This document shows positions 1 to 13,916 of a stretch of 64,000 bases of DNA, piece by piece. Location: the NCBI RefSeq assembly GCF_009914755.1, contig NC_060934.1; one strand, given 5' to 3'. This DNA is from the human T2T-CHM13v2.0 reference genome, Homo sapiens. Numbering within the stretch: the first letter of the stretch is position 1; every line of letters begins with the position of its first letter. The notes beneath the pieces are model-generated. The model had not been told where the DNA came from, searched no databases, and saw nothing but the letters and a program-made list of their open reading frames with translations. A program made the position numbers and the translations under genes.

Positions 1-520
1 TCCTCTTTAATTTCTTGCATCAGTGTCTTATAGTTTTCATTGTAAAGATTGTTAACTTCTTTGGTTAATTCCTAAATGTTTTATTTCATTTGTAGCTATT
101 GTAAATAGACTTTCTTTTTTTTTTTTTTTTTTTCAGATTGTTCACTGTTGGCATATAGAAATGTTAACTTATTTTTAATGTTGATTTTTCATCCTGCAAC
201 TTTACTGAATTTGTTTATCAGTTCTAATAGTTTTTTGATGGTCTTTAGGCTTTTCCAAATATAAGATTATATCATTTGCAGGCAAAGATAATTTGACTTT
301 TTCCTTTCTAGTTTGGATGCTCTTTATTTCTTTCTCTTGTCTGATTGTTCTAACTAGGACTTCTAGTACTGTGTTGAATAACAGTGGTGAAAGTAAGTAT
401 TCTTGTCTTGTTCCAGATCTTAGAGGAAAGGCTTTCAGTTTTTCCCCCTTCAGTATGATACCAGCTGTGTGTCTTTTTTATTATGCTGAGGTAGGTTCCT
501 TCTATACCCAGGTTTTCTTT

Positions 521-1241
<721 letters not shown>

Positions 1242-1638
1242 TAATTGACATGCTCATATGGTTTTTGTCCTTCATTCTGCTGATATGATGCATCACATTG
1301 ATTGATTTGTGTATGTTGAACCATTCTTGCATCCTTGGGATAAATCCCATTTAGTCATAATGAATGACCTTTTTAATGTTTTGTTTAATTACGGTTGCTA
1401 GTATTTTGTTGGGGATTTTTGCGTCAATATTCATCAGAGTTATTGGCTGGTAGTTTTCTTTTTTTGACGTGTCTTTGGTTTTGGTATCAGGATAATGCTG
1501 GTCTCAGAATGAGTTTTGAAGTATTTCTTTGTTTTTTATTTTTTGAAATGGTTTCCCTAGGATTGGTATTACTTCTTTAAATATTTGGTAGAATACAGTA
1601 GTGATGCCATCAGGTCCCAAGCTTTTTTGCAGGGTGAC

Positions 1639-1731
1639 TTTTTTTTTTTTTTTTTTTTTGAGATGGAGTCTTTGCTCTATTGCCAAGCTGGAGTGCAGTG
1701 GCACGATCTCGTTTCACTGCAACCTCCGCCT
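1639..1731 (-). mobile_element. 5'-truncated Alu (3' ~70 nt plus poly-A)
   Basis: T-tract then GAGATGGAGTCTTTGCTCT...CACTGCAACCTCCGCC. Diverged TSD TTGCAGGGTGACTTTT / TTGCTGGGAGGGCTTTT. Confidence 0.85.
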
Positions 1732-3735
1732 TGCTGGGAGGGCTTTTATTATGGTTTCAACATTATTGTTTTCAGTCTGTTTAGGTTTTGGATTTCTTCA
1801 TATGTGTCCGGGAGTTTATTCATTTCCTCTAGGTTTCCAATGTATTGGCCTATAGTTGCTCATAGTAGTCTCTAATGATCTTTTGAATTTCTGTGGTATC
1901 TGTTGTAATGTCTATTTTTTCATCTTTGATTTTATTTATTTGGATCTTCTTTCTTTTTTTCTTAGTTTGGCTAAAGTTTTGTAAAGTTTGTTTGTCTCTT
2001 CAAAAATAATGCTTTTTTTGTTTTGTTGATCTTTTTATTGTTTTTGTTTAAATTTCATTTATTTCAGCTCTGAGTTTTGTTATTTCTTTACTTCTACTTA
2101 ATTTTGGGTTTGATTTGCACTTGCTTTTTTAGTTCTTTAAAATGTATAGTTAACTTGTTTATTTTAAGTTTTTCCTACCTTTTTGGTGTAGGTGCTTATT
2201 GTTATAAACTTTCATCTTAATACGGCCTTCACGGTATCCCATAGGTTTTGGTATAGTTGTGTTTCTGTATTTCTTCATTTCTAAAAATTTTTAGATTTCC
2301 TTCTTATTTTTTTCAATGACTAACTGGTCATTCAGGAGCATGTTATTTAATATTCATGTGTTTGTATACTTTCCAAAATTCCTCTTGTTATTGATTTCTA
2401 ATTTGATTCCACTGTGGTCAGAGAAGATACTTGATACTATTTCAACTTTTTGTCGTGTCTTGTTTTGTGGCTTAAAATATGGTCTATCCTTGACAATGAT
2501 CCATGTGCTGAGGAGAAGAATGTGTATTGTGAAGCTATTGGATGAAATGTTCTGTAAATATCTATTAGGTCCATTTGGTCTATAGCACAGATTAAGCCAA
2601 ATGTTTCTTTGTTGATTTTCTCTCTGGATGATTGGTCTAAAGCTGAAAGTGGGGTGTTGAAATCTGTAGCTATTATTCTATTAGAGATTATCTCTCTCTT
2701 TAATTCTAATAATATTTGCTTTATATATCTGGATGTTCCAGTGTTGGGTGCACTCAGATATATAAAGCAAATATTATTAGAGTTTATAATTTTTATAATT
2801 TATATATGTTTACAATTATCATATCCTTTTGTTGAATTGGCCCAGTTATCATTATATTCTGACTTTTTGTCTCCTTTTATAGTTTTTGTCTTGACATCTA
2901 TTTTGTCTAATGTAAGTGTAGCTACTCCTGCTCTTTTTTGGGTTTCCATTAGCATAGAATGTCTTTTTCCACTTCTTTATTTTCAGTCTATGTGTGTCTT
3001 TATAGGTGAAATGTGTTTCTTACAGGCAATAAATTGTTGGGTCTTTTTTATTTTTCATTCAGCCACACTATGAATTTTTATTGGAGAGTCAGTCCATCTA
3101 TATCCAACGTTATGATAAGTGAGGACCTACTTCTGACATTTTGTTTTTCTTTTTTTAGTTTTTTGTGGTCTTCTCTTGTTTCCTTCCTTCCTGTCTTCCG
3201 TTTATGAAGGTGATTTTCTTTGCTGGTATGTTTTAATTTCTTCCTTTTTATTTTTTTGTGTAACTCTTGTATGTTTCTTGATTTGAGATTACTATGAGGC
3301 TTACAAATAATATCATATAGTCTGTTATTTTAATCTGATGACAACACAACACTGAATACACAAACTAATAAACAAGCAAAGAGAAAACTAATGAAAACCC
3401 TACCTTCTTCACCCCACTTTTCAATTCTTTGTTGTTTCTATTTTTGTCTTTATACTATGTCTTGAAAAATAATGTAGTTATTATTTTTGATAGGTCCATC
3501 TTTTATTCTTTCTACTCATGATATAAGTTGTATACACACCCCAGCAACACTGTTAAAATATTCTGTGCTTTTCTGTGTACTTAGTGAATTTTGTACCTTC
3601 AGATGATTTTCTATTGCTCGTTAATGTCTTTTTATTTCAGATTGAAGAACTCCCTTTAGCATTTCTTGTAGGACAGATCTGGTGTTGATGAAATGCCTCA
3701 GCTTTTGTTTCCCTGGGAAAGTCTTTATTTCTCCT

Positions 3736-4573
3736 TCATGTTTGAAGTATATTTTCACTTATATACTTTTCTAGGATGAAAGTTGTTCCCCCCTCCACCC
3801 CCAGCACTTTAAATATGTCATGCCACTCTCTCATGGCCTGTGAGGTTTCCACTAAAAATTCTGCTGCCAGATGTATTGGAGCTCCATTGTATGTTATTTG
3901 CTTATTTTCTCTTGCTGTTTTTAAGACCCTTTCTTTATCCTTGACATTTGGGTCAAGGATTATTAAATGTCTTGAGATAGTCTTATTTGGGTTAAATCTG
4001 CTTGGCATTTTATTACCTTCTTGTACTTGGATATTGATATCTTTCTGTAGGTTTGGAAAATTCTCTGTTCTTATCCATTTAAATAAACTTTCCATCCCAA
4101 TCTTTCTCTCTCTCTACCTCCTCTTTAAAGCCAATAACTCTTAGATTTGCCATTTTGGGGCTATTTTCTACATCTCGTGGATGTGCTTTATTCTTTCTTA
4201 TTCTTTTGTCTTCTCTGACTGAATTTTCAAATAGCCTGTCTTCAAGCTCATTAACTATTTCTTCTGCTTGATCAACTGTACTGTAAAGAGAGTCTGGTGC
4301 ATTCTTCAGTATGTCAATTGCATTTTTCAGCTCTAGAATTTCTGCTTGATTTAAAAAAATTTCAATATCTTTGTTAAATATATCTGATAGAAGTTTGAAT
4401 TTCTTTTCTGCGCTATCTTTAATTTCATTGAGTTTTCTCAAAACAGCTCTTTTTAATTCTCTATCTGAAAGGTCACATATCTCTGTCTCTCCAGGATTGG
4501 TCACTAATGCCTCATTTAGTTTGTTTTGTGAGGTCATGTTTTCCTGAATAGTCTTGAGCTTATGAATGTTCAT
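3736..4573 (-). pseudogene. L1 ORF1p remnant, frameshifted into two pieces
   Basis: ORFs 4079-4573 (coiled coil, ...NLRVIGFKEE) and 3736-4095 (ENFPNLQKDINIQVQE...ERVLKTARENKQITYNGAPIHLAAEF) match L1 ORF1p motifs. Confidence 0.9.
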
Positions 4574-7167
4574 TTGTGTCTGGGCATTAAAGAGCTAGAT
4601 ATTTATTGTAGTCTTTGCAGTCTGTGCTTGTTTGTGCTTGTTCTTCTTGGGAAGGCTTTCCATATATTCAAAGAAACTTGGTTGTTGTAATCTAAGTCTT
4701 TGGTCACTATAGCCATCTCTATGTTAGGGGGCATCCTAAGCCCAGTAATTCTGTGGCTCTGGAAGACTCATAGAGGTATATCTTGGTGGTCTTGGGTAAG
4801 ATCCAGGAGAATTCCCTGGCTCACCGGGAAGAGACTCTTGTTATCTTCCTTTACTTTTTCCCAAGCAAATGGAATCTTTCTCTCTGTACTGAGCTGCCTG
4901 AGGTTGGAAGAAGGATGACACAGGCACTCTTGTGATCAACTCCACTGGGACCATGCTGGGTCAGACCTGCAGCCAGAATTTGGTCTTGCCCAAGGCTCAC
5001 AGTGACCACTGATGACTACTACCTATATTCATTGAAGGCCTATGTTCTCTATAATTAGCAGGTGGCAAATCCAGCCAGGCTTATGTCCTTCCCTTCAGGG
5101 TGGTGAGTTCAGCCACAGGTTGGTCCAGAGATGCCTTTTGGGAGGCTGGGCCTGGAGTCGAGAACCTTAGGAAGTCTACCTTGTGCTCTATTTTACTGTG
5201 GCTGAGCTGGCATCCTAGCCAAGAGAGAAAGTCCTTCTCACTCTTCCCCCTCCTTTCCTCAAGCAGAGGATTTTCTCTCCATGGCAACCATCACCCCAGG
5301 CCCGCAGCAAGTGCTGCCTGGCTACTGCTGATGTTCACTCATGGCCCAAGAGCTCTTCCGTCAGGTTGTGGTAAATGCTTCAGGCCTGGGACTACTCCTT
5401 CAGGGCAGTGGGCTTCCTTCTGGTCCAGGGCAGATCCAGAAATGCCATTCAGGAACCAAGGCCTGGGATTAGGGGCTTCAGGAGCCTGCTTGGTGCTTTA
5501 CTCCGCTGAGGCCAAGCTGGTGCCTGAACTTCAAGACAAAGTCCCCTTTACCTTTCCTTCTCCTTTTTCCTCAAGCAGAAGGAGTCTCTCCCCACAGCCA
5601 CCACAGCTGGGAATGTGCTGGGTCACACCTGAAGCCAGCATGTCTTAGAATCTCACCCAAGGCCTGTGGCAAATACTGCCTGGCTACAGCTTCTGATGAT
5701 TCAGGGCCCAAGGACTGTTTAGTCAATAGGTGACGAATCCTTCCAGGAGTAGGTTCTTCCCTTCAAGACAGCAGGTTTTCTTCTGGACCAGAGTATGTCT
5801 AGGAATGTTGCCTTGGAAATAGAACCTGGAATGGGGGCTTCGGAACTCTACTAGATGCCCTATTGTACTGTAGCTAAGCTGATATCTAAGTTTTAAGGCA
5901 AAGGTCTCTTTACTCTCCCTTCTCCTCTCTTGAAGGAGTACAGGAGAAAGAAGGAGTCTCTCCTGGAGCTGCGAGCTTCACTATCTGTGGGTGGTGGAGA
6001 GGTGGTGCAAGCAGTCCCTTGGCTGCCCTGGCTGGTGTCTCACTAGGCCACTCACATTCCAAGTCCAGGTGTGCTGGCTTCGAGCTTAGCACAGCACTGA
6101 TGCTTGCCCAGGGACTGCAGTCCTTGTGTCATAGATTGCTTTTCAAGTTTATTTAGTATCCCAAGCACTTTAGTTCACAGTGGTGAGCTTGCTGAAACTC
6201 AAGTTCCAACCACTGGGGTGGGCAATTCCCCTCTGGCTGGGACTCATCTAGATGCTTTGTGAATGCCGACTGAGTTCTGCCCTATGTTGCTTTCCACTGT
6301 GACAGAGCAGCATTGAGTTCCAATGTGAAGTCTCACAATAAGTGCACTCTCCTTGCCCCAAATGCACAGATTCTCTCACCATGCTAAGTGGCCACTGCTG
6401 CTTCAAGCTTGTCTTTTCTACCCTCTTCAGTGCCTCTTTCCTTAATATGATGTTAAAAGCAGGTACTGTGATCACTCACCTGATCATAGGTTCTTATGAA
6501 GTTGATTTTCTTCATAGTTGTTCAATTTGGTGTTCCTGTTCGGGGGATGATTGCTGTGGGCTTCTATTCAGTCACTTTGTTCTGCCTACCCTTCATCATT
6601 CATTAATTTAACACAAGGTAAATATGCATCTACTATGTCCCAGGGACTCTTCTAAGTTTTGGGGAAGTTAACAGTGCATATAGAAACAAAATAACTGCTC
6701 TCAAAAAGTTTACATTATTGGAGGGAAATAGAGAATAAAAACATATGGTATAAACAGGTCACTGGTTTTGAAACATTATTGTTTATCAGAGGAACCCTGA
6801 TCTTAGGCAAAAATTTCCTAGAATACCAATATATAAAACAGCAAAAAGAATACTTTCTGGTAGATGCAACATTCAGAGGTCACTCATGTTGCAATCCTCT
6901 TCTGCCTTTCTCTCCTACAGCAGTCTGGTAGACACTTCTAGAAAGGTTTGAAAACTACCAATTTAGAATACCCATTGTTGTGGAAATATAATTAAAAAAA
7001 AAATCTTCTTCCAACCCACACTACCTCTCCACAAAATAGTAGAGAAAGTAAAAGTAAATAGTTTTATTATTAATAAGTAAAAGACCAGAATGTAATCTGG
7101 CAACATGGGCAATTCATCCAGAGATGGCAGACTGAATGAAAGCTCACGTTTAAAAAAAGCCAAATAG

Positions 7168-7470
7168 GGCTGGGCGCGGTGGCTCACACCTGTAATCACA
7201 GCACTTTGGGAGGCCGAGGCATGTGGATCATGAGGTCAAGAGATCGAGACCATCCTGGCCAACATGGTGAAACCCTGTCTCTACTAAAAACACAAAAAAT
7301 TAGCTGGGCGTGGTGGCATGCACCCGTAGTCCCAGCTACTCGGGAGGCTGAGGCAGAAGAATCGCTTGAACCCAGGAGACAGAGGTTGGAGCGAGCCGAT
7401 ATCATGCTTCGCATTCCAACCTGGTGACAAAGTGAGACGCCATCTCAAAAAAAAAAAAAAAAAAAAAAAA
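7168..7470 (+). mobile_element. Full-length Alu, AluSc-like
   Basis: Starts GGCTGGGCGCGGTGGCTCAC, contains GGATCATGAGGTCAAGAGATCGAGACCATCC, ends in a poly-A tail. TSD AAAAAAAGCCAAATAG / AAAAAGAGCCAAACAG. Confidence 0.95.
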
Positions 7471-7499
7471 GAGCCAAACAGATACAACCCATTACAGAC

Positions 7500-7915
7500 A
7501 TGCTTTCACAATAAACAATACTGTGTTCTCAAGTAAAAGAACTTGAGTGCACCATTTGTCACACATAGTTCGTCTTAAATTCACCTGGTAATTGGGGTGA
7601 CCATCTGTGGTAGCTAATTGGCTTTCTTTAGAGGAAAAACAAATTCCTTTATCTTTATTGCCAGAGGTAGTTTTAATACTTGGAGCAAGGGGCTACTGAA
7701 GTTAGGCCCCTACACTCTCACAGAAACTGGGAGTTAGGGGTTCTATTTCCTTTGATTTCAAAGGGATGGCTTTCAGGTGATAAAGCTGACAAAGGAACTT
7801 GCAACTACATGTTTTCTGAAGAAAATTTAAAAAAAGGAAAGTGGAAGAACTCTATTTCCTTATTTTCAACTGGGAGAATTAAGCTTCTTATTTTTAATTT
7901 GTATTTATTCATAAG
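7500..7915. mobile_element. Probable old LTR-family remnant, family not assigned
   Basis: Resembles recalled ERV1 MER-type LTR sequence (AAGTTAGGCCCCTAC...CACAGAAACTGGGAG). No clear termini. Confidence 0.3.
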
Positions 7916-8682
7916 CCATTCAGATATAAGGCAGCTGATTCTGGAAATAAATACAAAAACAAAACAAAACCATGTTATCCTAATTAGAATGTGTGACTTG
8001 ATAATTTTGGAGAGATAGGCTTGCTGAAAATACCCTCATGATTTCAGTTTACATCCATGAGAGTAAACTAGATTTTTCTGACCCCAGAGTCAGTCTATGA
8101 TAAGCCTGATTTAAATCTTTGGCTAAAAGTTTTCAAAAGCATTACCCAAAGAGTGAAACCTCTTCTTTCTCTGGCTCTGAAGGACTCAAGCTTTAGGCTG
8201 ATAGGCAAGTGCTTAGAAGTGTTACCATATCCCATGGAACTAAAATAGTCCAAAAATGGTGAAGTCAACTTAGAATCATAGACTGTTGAAGCTCAAATTT
8301 CCCTGGAAGTTATACAGTTCGATATTCACTTAAAGGCACACTGATACCCAGGCAAGGTAAATTAATGTCTAGAATAGACTGGTAGATTATTCCCTGTCCT
8401 AGAGAGAAGCTCTGTGCCCATATACCCAGTCTGTTTTCTCTACTGACTGTGGAATCTAGGAAAAGGCACAGTAATGTCATGCCAGACCGGGTGCACTTGG
8501 AATTCAGGTTTCTCTCAGCTGTGCATTAACTGCTTCCTTGCCTACCATTAAATAAAGCAAGCACAATGAAGAAATTTTGCTTCATTGTCATGCTTACAAA
8601 ATATAGTGACATCAAAGAAGAGATTAAGTCTGAATTTCAAAGGGCTAACAAAAAGAGAATTGAAATGAAACTAGAGAAATAA

Positions 8683-9012
<330 letters not shown>

Positions 9013-9295
9013 TGAGGGATAGTACCTGAATTGTATTTGTTTTCTTTTTGGTTCAGCTGTCCACTTTCAGGTGAAGTTGAGCATGGATGATATGATGTTT
9101 GTGAGCCTGATCATGTTGTACCCCTATTATATGCTATGCCACTGCAGCGATCAAGCTTGTCTAAAACCACCCCTGCCTTCATACCACTCAAGGAGAAGAC
9201 AAATATAGTTGGTTATTGGAAGAACCAACAGGATTTTACAGGATAAGTAGACATTTCATAGAGCTCTTGAAACCTGAAAATGATTGACATTGCTG

Positions 9296-9754
9296 TGTGA
9301 AAGGAAAATATCTTGGGCCCCCAAAATCACTAAGTTAAAGGGAAAATTCAAGCTGGAAACTGCTTAGGGTAAACCTGCCTCCCATTCTATTAAAAGTCAT
9401 CCTTCTGCTCACTGAGATAAATGCATGTCTAATTGCCTCCTTTGAAAGGCTAATCAGAAACTCAGAAGAATGCAACCATTTGTCTCTCACCAACCTGTGA
9501 CCTGGACCCTCCCCGCTTTGAGTTGTCCCACTTTTGTTTTGAGTTGTCCCGCCTTTCCAGACTGAACCATTGTTATATATGTTGATTGATGTCTCATGTC
9601 TCCCTAAAATGTATAAAACCAAGCTGTGCTCTGACTACTTTGAGCACATGTTGTCAGGACCTCCTGAGGCTGTGTCACAGGCATGCATCCTCAACTTTGG
9701 CAAAATAAACTTTCTAAATTAACTGAGACCTGTCTCAAATTTTGGGGGTTCACA
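9296..9754 (+). repeat. 5' LTR (MER4A1-like)
   Basis: TGTGAAAGGAAAATATCTTGGGCCCCC...GGGTTCACA, with TATAAAA near 9613 and AATAAA near 9704. Confidence 0.9.
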
Positions 9755-10521
9755 TTTGGTAACCATGGAGGGATTCTGAGTGGAGATGCCCCTGACTTCT
9801 GACAAATCTCCTATCAGTTCTTCGTACCAGCATGAGCTAACTTTATAGCTCAAACCAATAGGACAATTTGCTGAGGTCAGGGAGCAACCCTTCCAGAGAA
9901 TCCCTGATCTCCAAAAATTTGGTCAAGATCTAAAGTTTATTTTGCTGTATACTCCTTTTGTTTTTCTTGCTTCCAACAAGGAAGGCAAGATTTCCTGTTT
10001 CCAAGACAATGGAAAGCAGGTAACTCCTTTATGGAGTTTGAGCTCGCTCCCAGCTGGGAAGACGAGTTGGAGTATTTTTCCTGCTTCTACAATGGTAGAA
10101 AGCAGTCTTCAGCCTAAGATCCATCTCTGGGTAAGTAGCTGAATTGTGGTTTTGTCTTGGCTAAAGTTCAACAACCAGCTTATCATTGGAGCACTCAGTG
10201 ATCATATTGTTGGGCTTTGTTGTTGTTGTTTGTTCCAGTCTTTCTCCCATCAGATTTCATCAACTCTATCTGACTTGGACAAATCCAAGTGAGAATTGCA
10301 AATGATGGGTAACAAGCCCTCTCTAATTTGGCTAAAATTCCTCATAGCTGCAAAATTAAACAAAGAGAGAAAACAAGAAAACCATGTGTTTGGTTTCTGT
10401 GTTCGCTTCCTTTCTTTAAAAAAAAAAAAATTGTTCTTTTGTTTACTTTTCTTCCACCCTATACCTCCTTCCCCCTTTGCCATCTGAAGTATCAAAAATT
10501 CTAGAGAAAGCTTCTAATGAC

Positions 10522-10975
10522 TTTCATACACGTCCGTGTGAAGAGGTCACTAAACAGGCTTTGTGTGAGCAACATGGCTGTTTATTTCACCTGGGTGCAG
10601 GCAGGCTGAGTCCAAAAAGAGAGTCAGTGAAGGGAGATAAGGGTGGGGCCGTTTTATAGGATTTGGGTAGGTAAAGGAAAATTACAGTTAAAGGGGGTTT
10701 GTTCTCTGGCAGGCAGGAGTGGGGGGTCGCAAGGTGCTCAGTGGGGGTGCTTTTTGAGCCAGGATGAGCCAGGAAAAGGACTTTCACAAGGTAATGTCAT
10801 CAGTTAAGGCAAGGACCGGCCATTTACACTTCTTTTGTGGTGGACTGTCATCAGTTAATGTGGGGCAGGGCGTATTCACTTCTTTTGTGATTCTTCAGTT
10901 ACTTCAGGCCATCTGGGCATACATGTGCAAGTCACAGGGAATGCGATGGCTTGGCTTGGGCTCAGAGGCCTGACA
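10522..10975 (-). repeat. HERV-H 3' LTR (LTR7)
   Basis: Direct repeat of 15846-16299. Preceded on the minus strand by the polypurine tract AAGAAGGCAGGAA. Confidence 0.95.
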
Positions 10976-11599
10976 TTCCTGCCTTCTTATATTAATAAGA
11001 AAAATAAAACAAAATAGTGTTGAAGTGTTGGGGCGGTGAAAATTTTTGGGGGGTGGTATGGAGAGAGAATGGGCGGTGTTTCTCAGGGCTGCTTCAAGCG
11101 GGATTAGGGGCGGTGTGGGAACCTAGAGTGGGAGAGATTAAGCTGAAAGGAGGTCTTGTGGTAAGGGGTGATATTGTGGGGATGTTAGAAGAAACGTTTG
11201 TTGTATAGAATGATTGGTGATGGCCTAGATACGGTTTTGGATGAATTAAGAAACTAAATGGAATAACAGAAGGAGAAAAACAGGTATAAAAGGTCTAAGA
11301 ATTGGGACGACTCAGGATATCTGATTAGAGAGTGCCTAAGGTGATTCAGCATATTCCTGCCAGCAAAGATTATTTATTTACTTCAAGAGTTAAGAGTGGC
11401 AGTTTGGGGATAGCACCAGGAGATATCAGCTGTGATGGCTTGGAGAAGCAGTGTAAACCGGCAGTGTAAACAAGAGCAGGGCATGTATGAGTAGTTGAGA
11501 ACGGTGAATAGGAGTATGACTAGACAGAAGATAGTAGGGATGACAAGTTTTTTGGGGCACAGTCTAAGTTGGTCTGGTGTCTGGAATGAGACTGGGGCC

Positions 11600-13358
11600 T
11601 AATAAAAAGGAGCGTCTATACAGGAGCTTAAATGGGCTGTACCCTGTAGCATTCCGAGGACAGGCCTGAATTCTGAGAAGGGAAATTGGTAAAAGTATTG
11701 TCCAGTCCTTTTTAAGTTGGTGGCTGAGCTTGGTGAGGTGTGTTTTTAAAAGACCTTTAGTCCATTCTACTTTTCTTGAAGTCAGAGAACCATAAGAGAT
11801 ATAAAGGTTTCACTGAATACTAAGAGCCTGAAAAACTGCTTGGCTGATTTGACTAATAAAGGCTCGTTTGTTATCAGACTGTATTGAGGTGGGAAGGCTA
11901 AACTGAGGAATTATGTCTGACAGAACAGAAGAAATGACTGCGGTGGCCTTCTCAGACCCTGTAGGAAAGGCCTCTACCTATCCAGTGAAAGTATCTACCT
12001 AGACTAAGAGGTATTTTAGTTATCTGACTCAGGGCATGTTGAGTAAAGCTAATTTGCCAGTCCTGGGTGGGGGCAAATCCTGGAGCTTCATGTGTAGGGA
12101 AGGGAGGGGGCCTGAATAATCCCTGAGGAGTAGTAGAATAGCAGATGGAACACCGAGAAGTTATTTCCTTGAGGATAGATTTCCACGATGGAAAGGAAAT
12201 GAGGGGTTCTAAGAGGCGGGCTAGTGGCTAGTACTATAGTATAACCTGCCTTTGCTGGTGTGTGGCGATTAGGCCTGGTAGAACCGCCATCAATAAATCA
12301 AGCATGATCAGGGTGAGGAACAGGAAAGAAGGATATTTGGGGAAATGAGGTGAATGTCAGGTGGATCAGAGAGATACAGTCATGGGGGTCAGGTGTGGTA
12401 TCAGGAATAATGTGGGAGGCCGGATTGAAGTCTGGGCCAGGAACAACGGTAATTTTAGGAGACTCAACAAAGAGTGAGTACAGCTGAAGGAGCCGGGGAG
12501 CAGAAAGTATATGCATCAGGTATGAGGAAGAAAATAGATTTTGGAAGTCACGAGAACTGTAGAGAGTGAGTTGAGTATAGTTTGTGATTTTGAGGGCCTC
12601 TAAAAGTATCAAAGCAGCGGCAGACGCTGCATGCAGACATGAGGGCTAGGCTAAAACAGTAAGGTCAAGTTGTTTGGACAGAAAGGCTACAGGGTGCGGT
12701 CCTGGCTCTTGTGTAAGAATTCTGACTGTGCTAACCATGCCTAGGAAGGAAAGGAGTTGTTGTTTTGTAGAAGGTGCTTGGGTTTGAGAGATCATTCAGA
12801 CATGATTGGCAGGGAGAGCACTTGTGTTTTTATGAGAATTATGCCGAGATAGGTAACAGATGAGGAAGAAATCTGGGCTTGATTGAAGTAATGGGGGCTG
12901 TCTGTGAAGCTTTGCGGCAGAACAGCCTAGGTAATTTGCTGAGCTTGATGGGTGTCAGGGTCAGTCTAAGTGAAAGCAAAGAGAGGCTGGGACAAGAGGT
13001 GCAGGGGAATAGTGAAAAAAGCATCTTTAAGGTCAAGCACAGAATAGTGAATTGTGGAGGAAGGTATTGAGGACAAAAGAGTGTATGGGTTGGGCACCAC
13101 AGGGTGGATAGGCAAAACAATTTGGTTGATAAGGTGCAGATCCTGAACTAACTTGTAAGGCTTGTCTGGTTTTAGGACAGGTAAAATGGGGGAATTGTAA
13201 GGAGAGTTTATAGGCTTTAAAAGGCCATGCTGTAGCAGACGAGTGATAACAGGCTTTAATCTTTTTAAAGCGTGCTGCGGGATGGGATATTGGCGTTCAG
13301 TGGGGTAAGGGTGATTAGGTTTTAATGAGATGGTAAAGGGTACATGATCAGTCACCAA
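11600..13358 (-). pseudogene. pol: HERV-H pol remnant (RT with internal deletion; RNase H/integrase fragments; left boundary approximate)
   Basis: ORF 12966-13358 has SPYNSPILPVLKPD...LVQDL...LDLKDAFF. LPQSFTDSP lies near 12890-12920. Multiple stops and deletions. Confidence 0.9.
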
Positions 13359-13449
13359 GGAGGGCGTAGAGGTATCTTATACTTGTGGGTTAAGGTGGGA
13401 GGATACAAGAGGAGGATGCAAAGGAGGCTTTCGATTGGGAAGAAGGGCG

Positions 13450-13760
13450 GCAATGAGATATAGCTGTAGTCCAGGAATAGTCAGGGAAGCAGGTAATTTA
13501 GTTAAAGTGTCTCAGCCTAATAAGGGAACTGGGCAGGTGGGGATAACTAAAAAGGAGTGCTTAAAAGAGTATTGTCTAAGTTAGCACCAGAGTTGGGGAG
13601 TTTTAAGAGGTTTAGAAGCCTGGCCGTCAATACCCACAACAGTTATGGAGGCAAGGGAAACAGGCCCTTGAAAAGAAGGTAATGTGGAGTGTGTAGCCTC
13701 TGTATTGATTAAGAAGGGGACGGGCTTACCTTCCACTGTGAGAGTTACCCGAAGCTCGGC
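13450..13760 (-). pseudogene. pro: HERV-H protease remnant
   Basis: Minus-strand translation PVPFLINTEATHST near 13685-13725 is a degenerate FLIDTGA active site. Confidence 0.75.
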
Positions 13761-13916
13761 ATCCGTGATGCTCTAGGGGGCTTCCAAGGCAATCGGGCAG
13801 TTTCAGTCTTCAGCCGCTAAGCCGAGAAGATCTGGGAAGGAGTCAGTCAGAGAGCCTTGGGCCAGAGTTCCAGGGGCTCTGGGAGTGGCTGCCAGGTGAG
13901 TTGAACAGTCCGACTT

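Noticed and set aside
5100-5648. 182-aa ORF
   Set aside because: Lies antisense in the L1MA 5'UTR repeats, starts at GTG and shows no recognisable domain.
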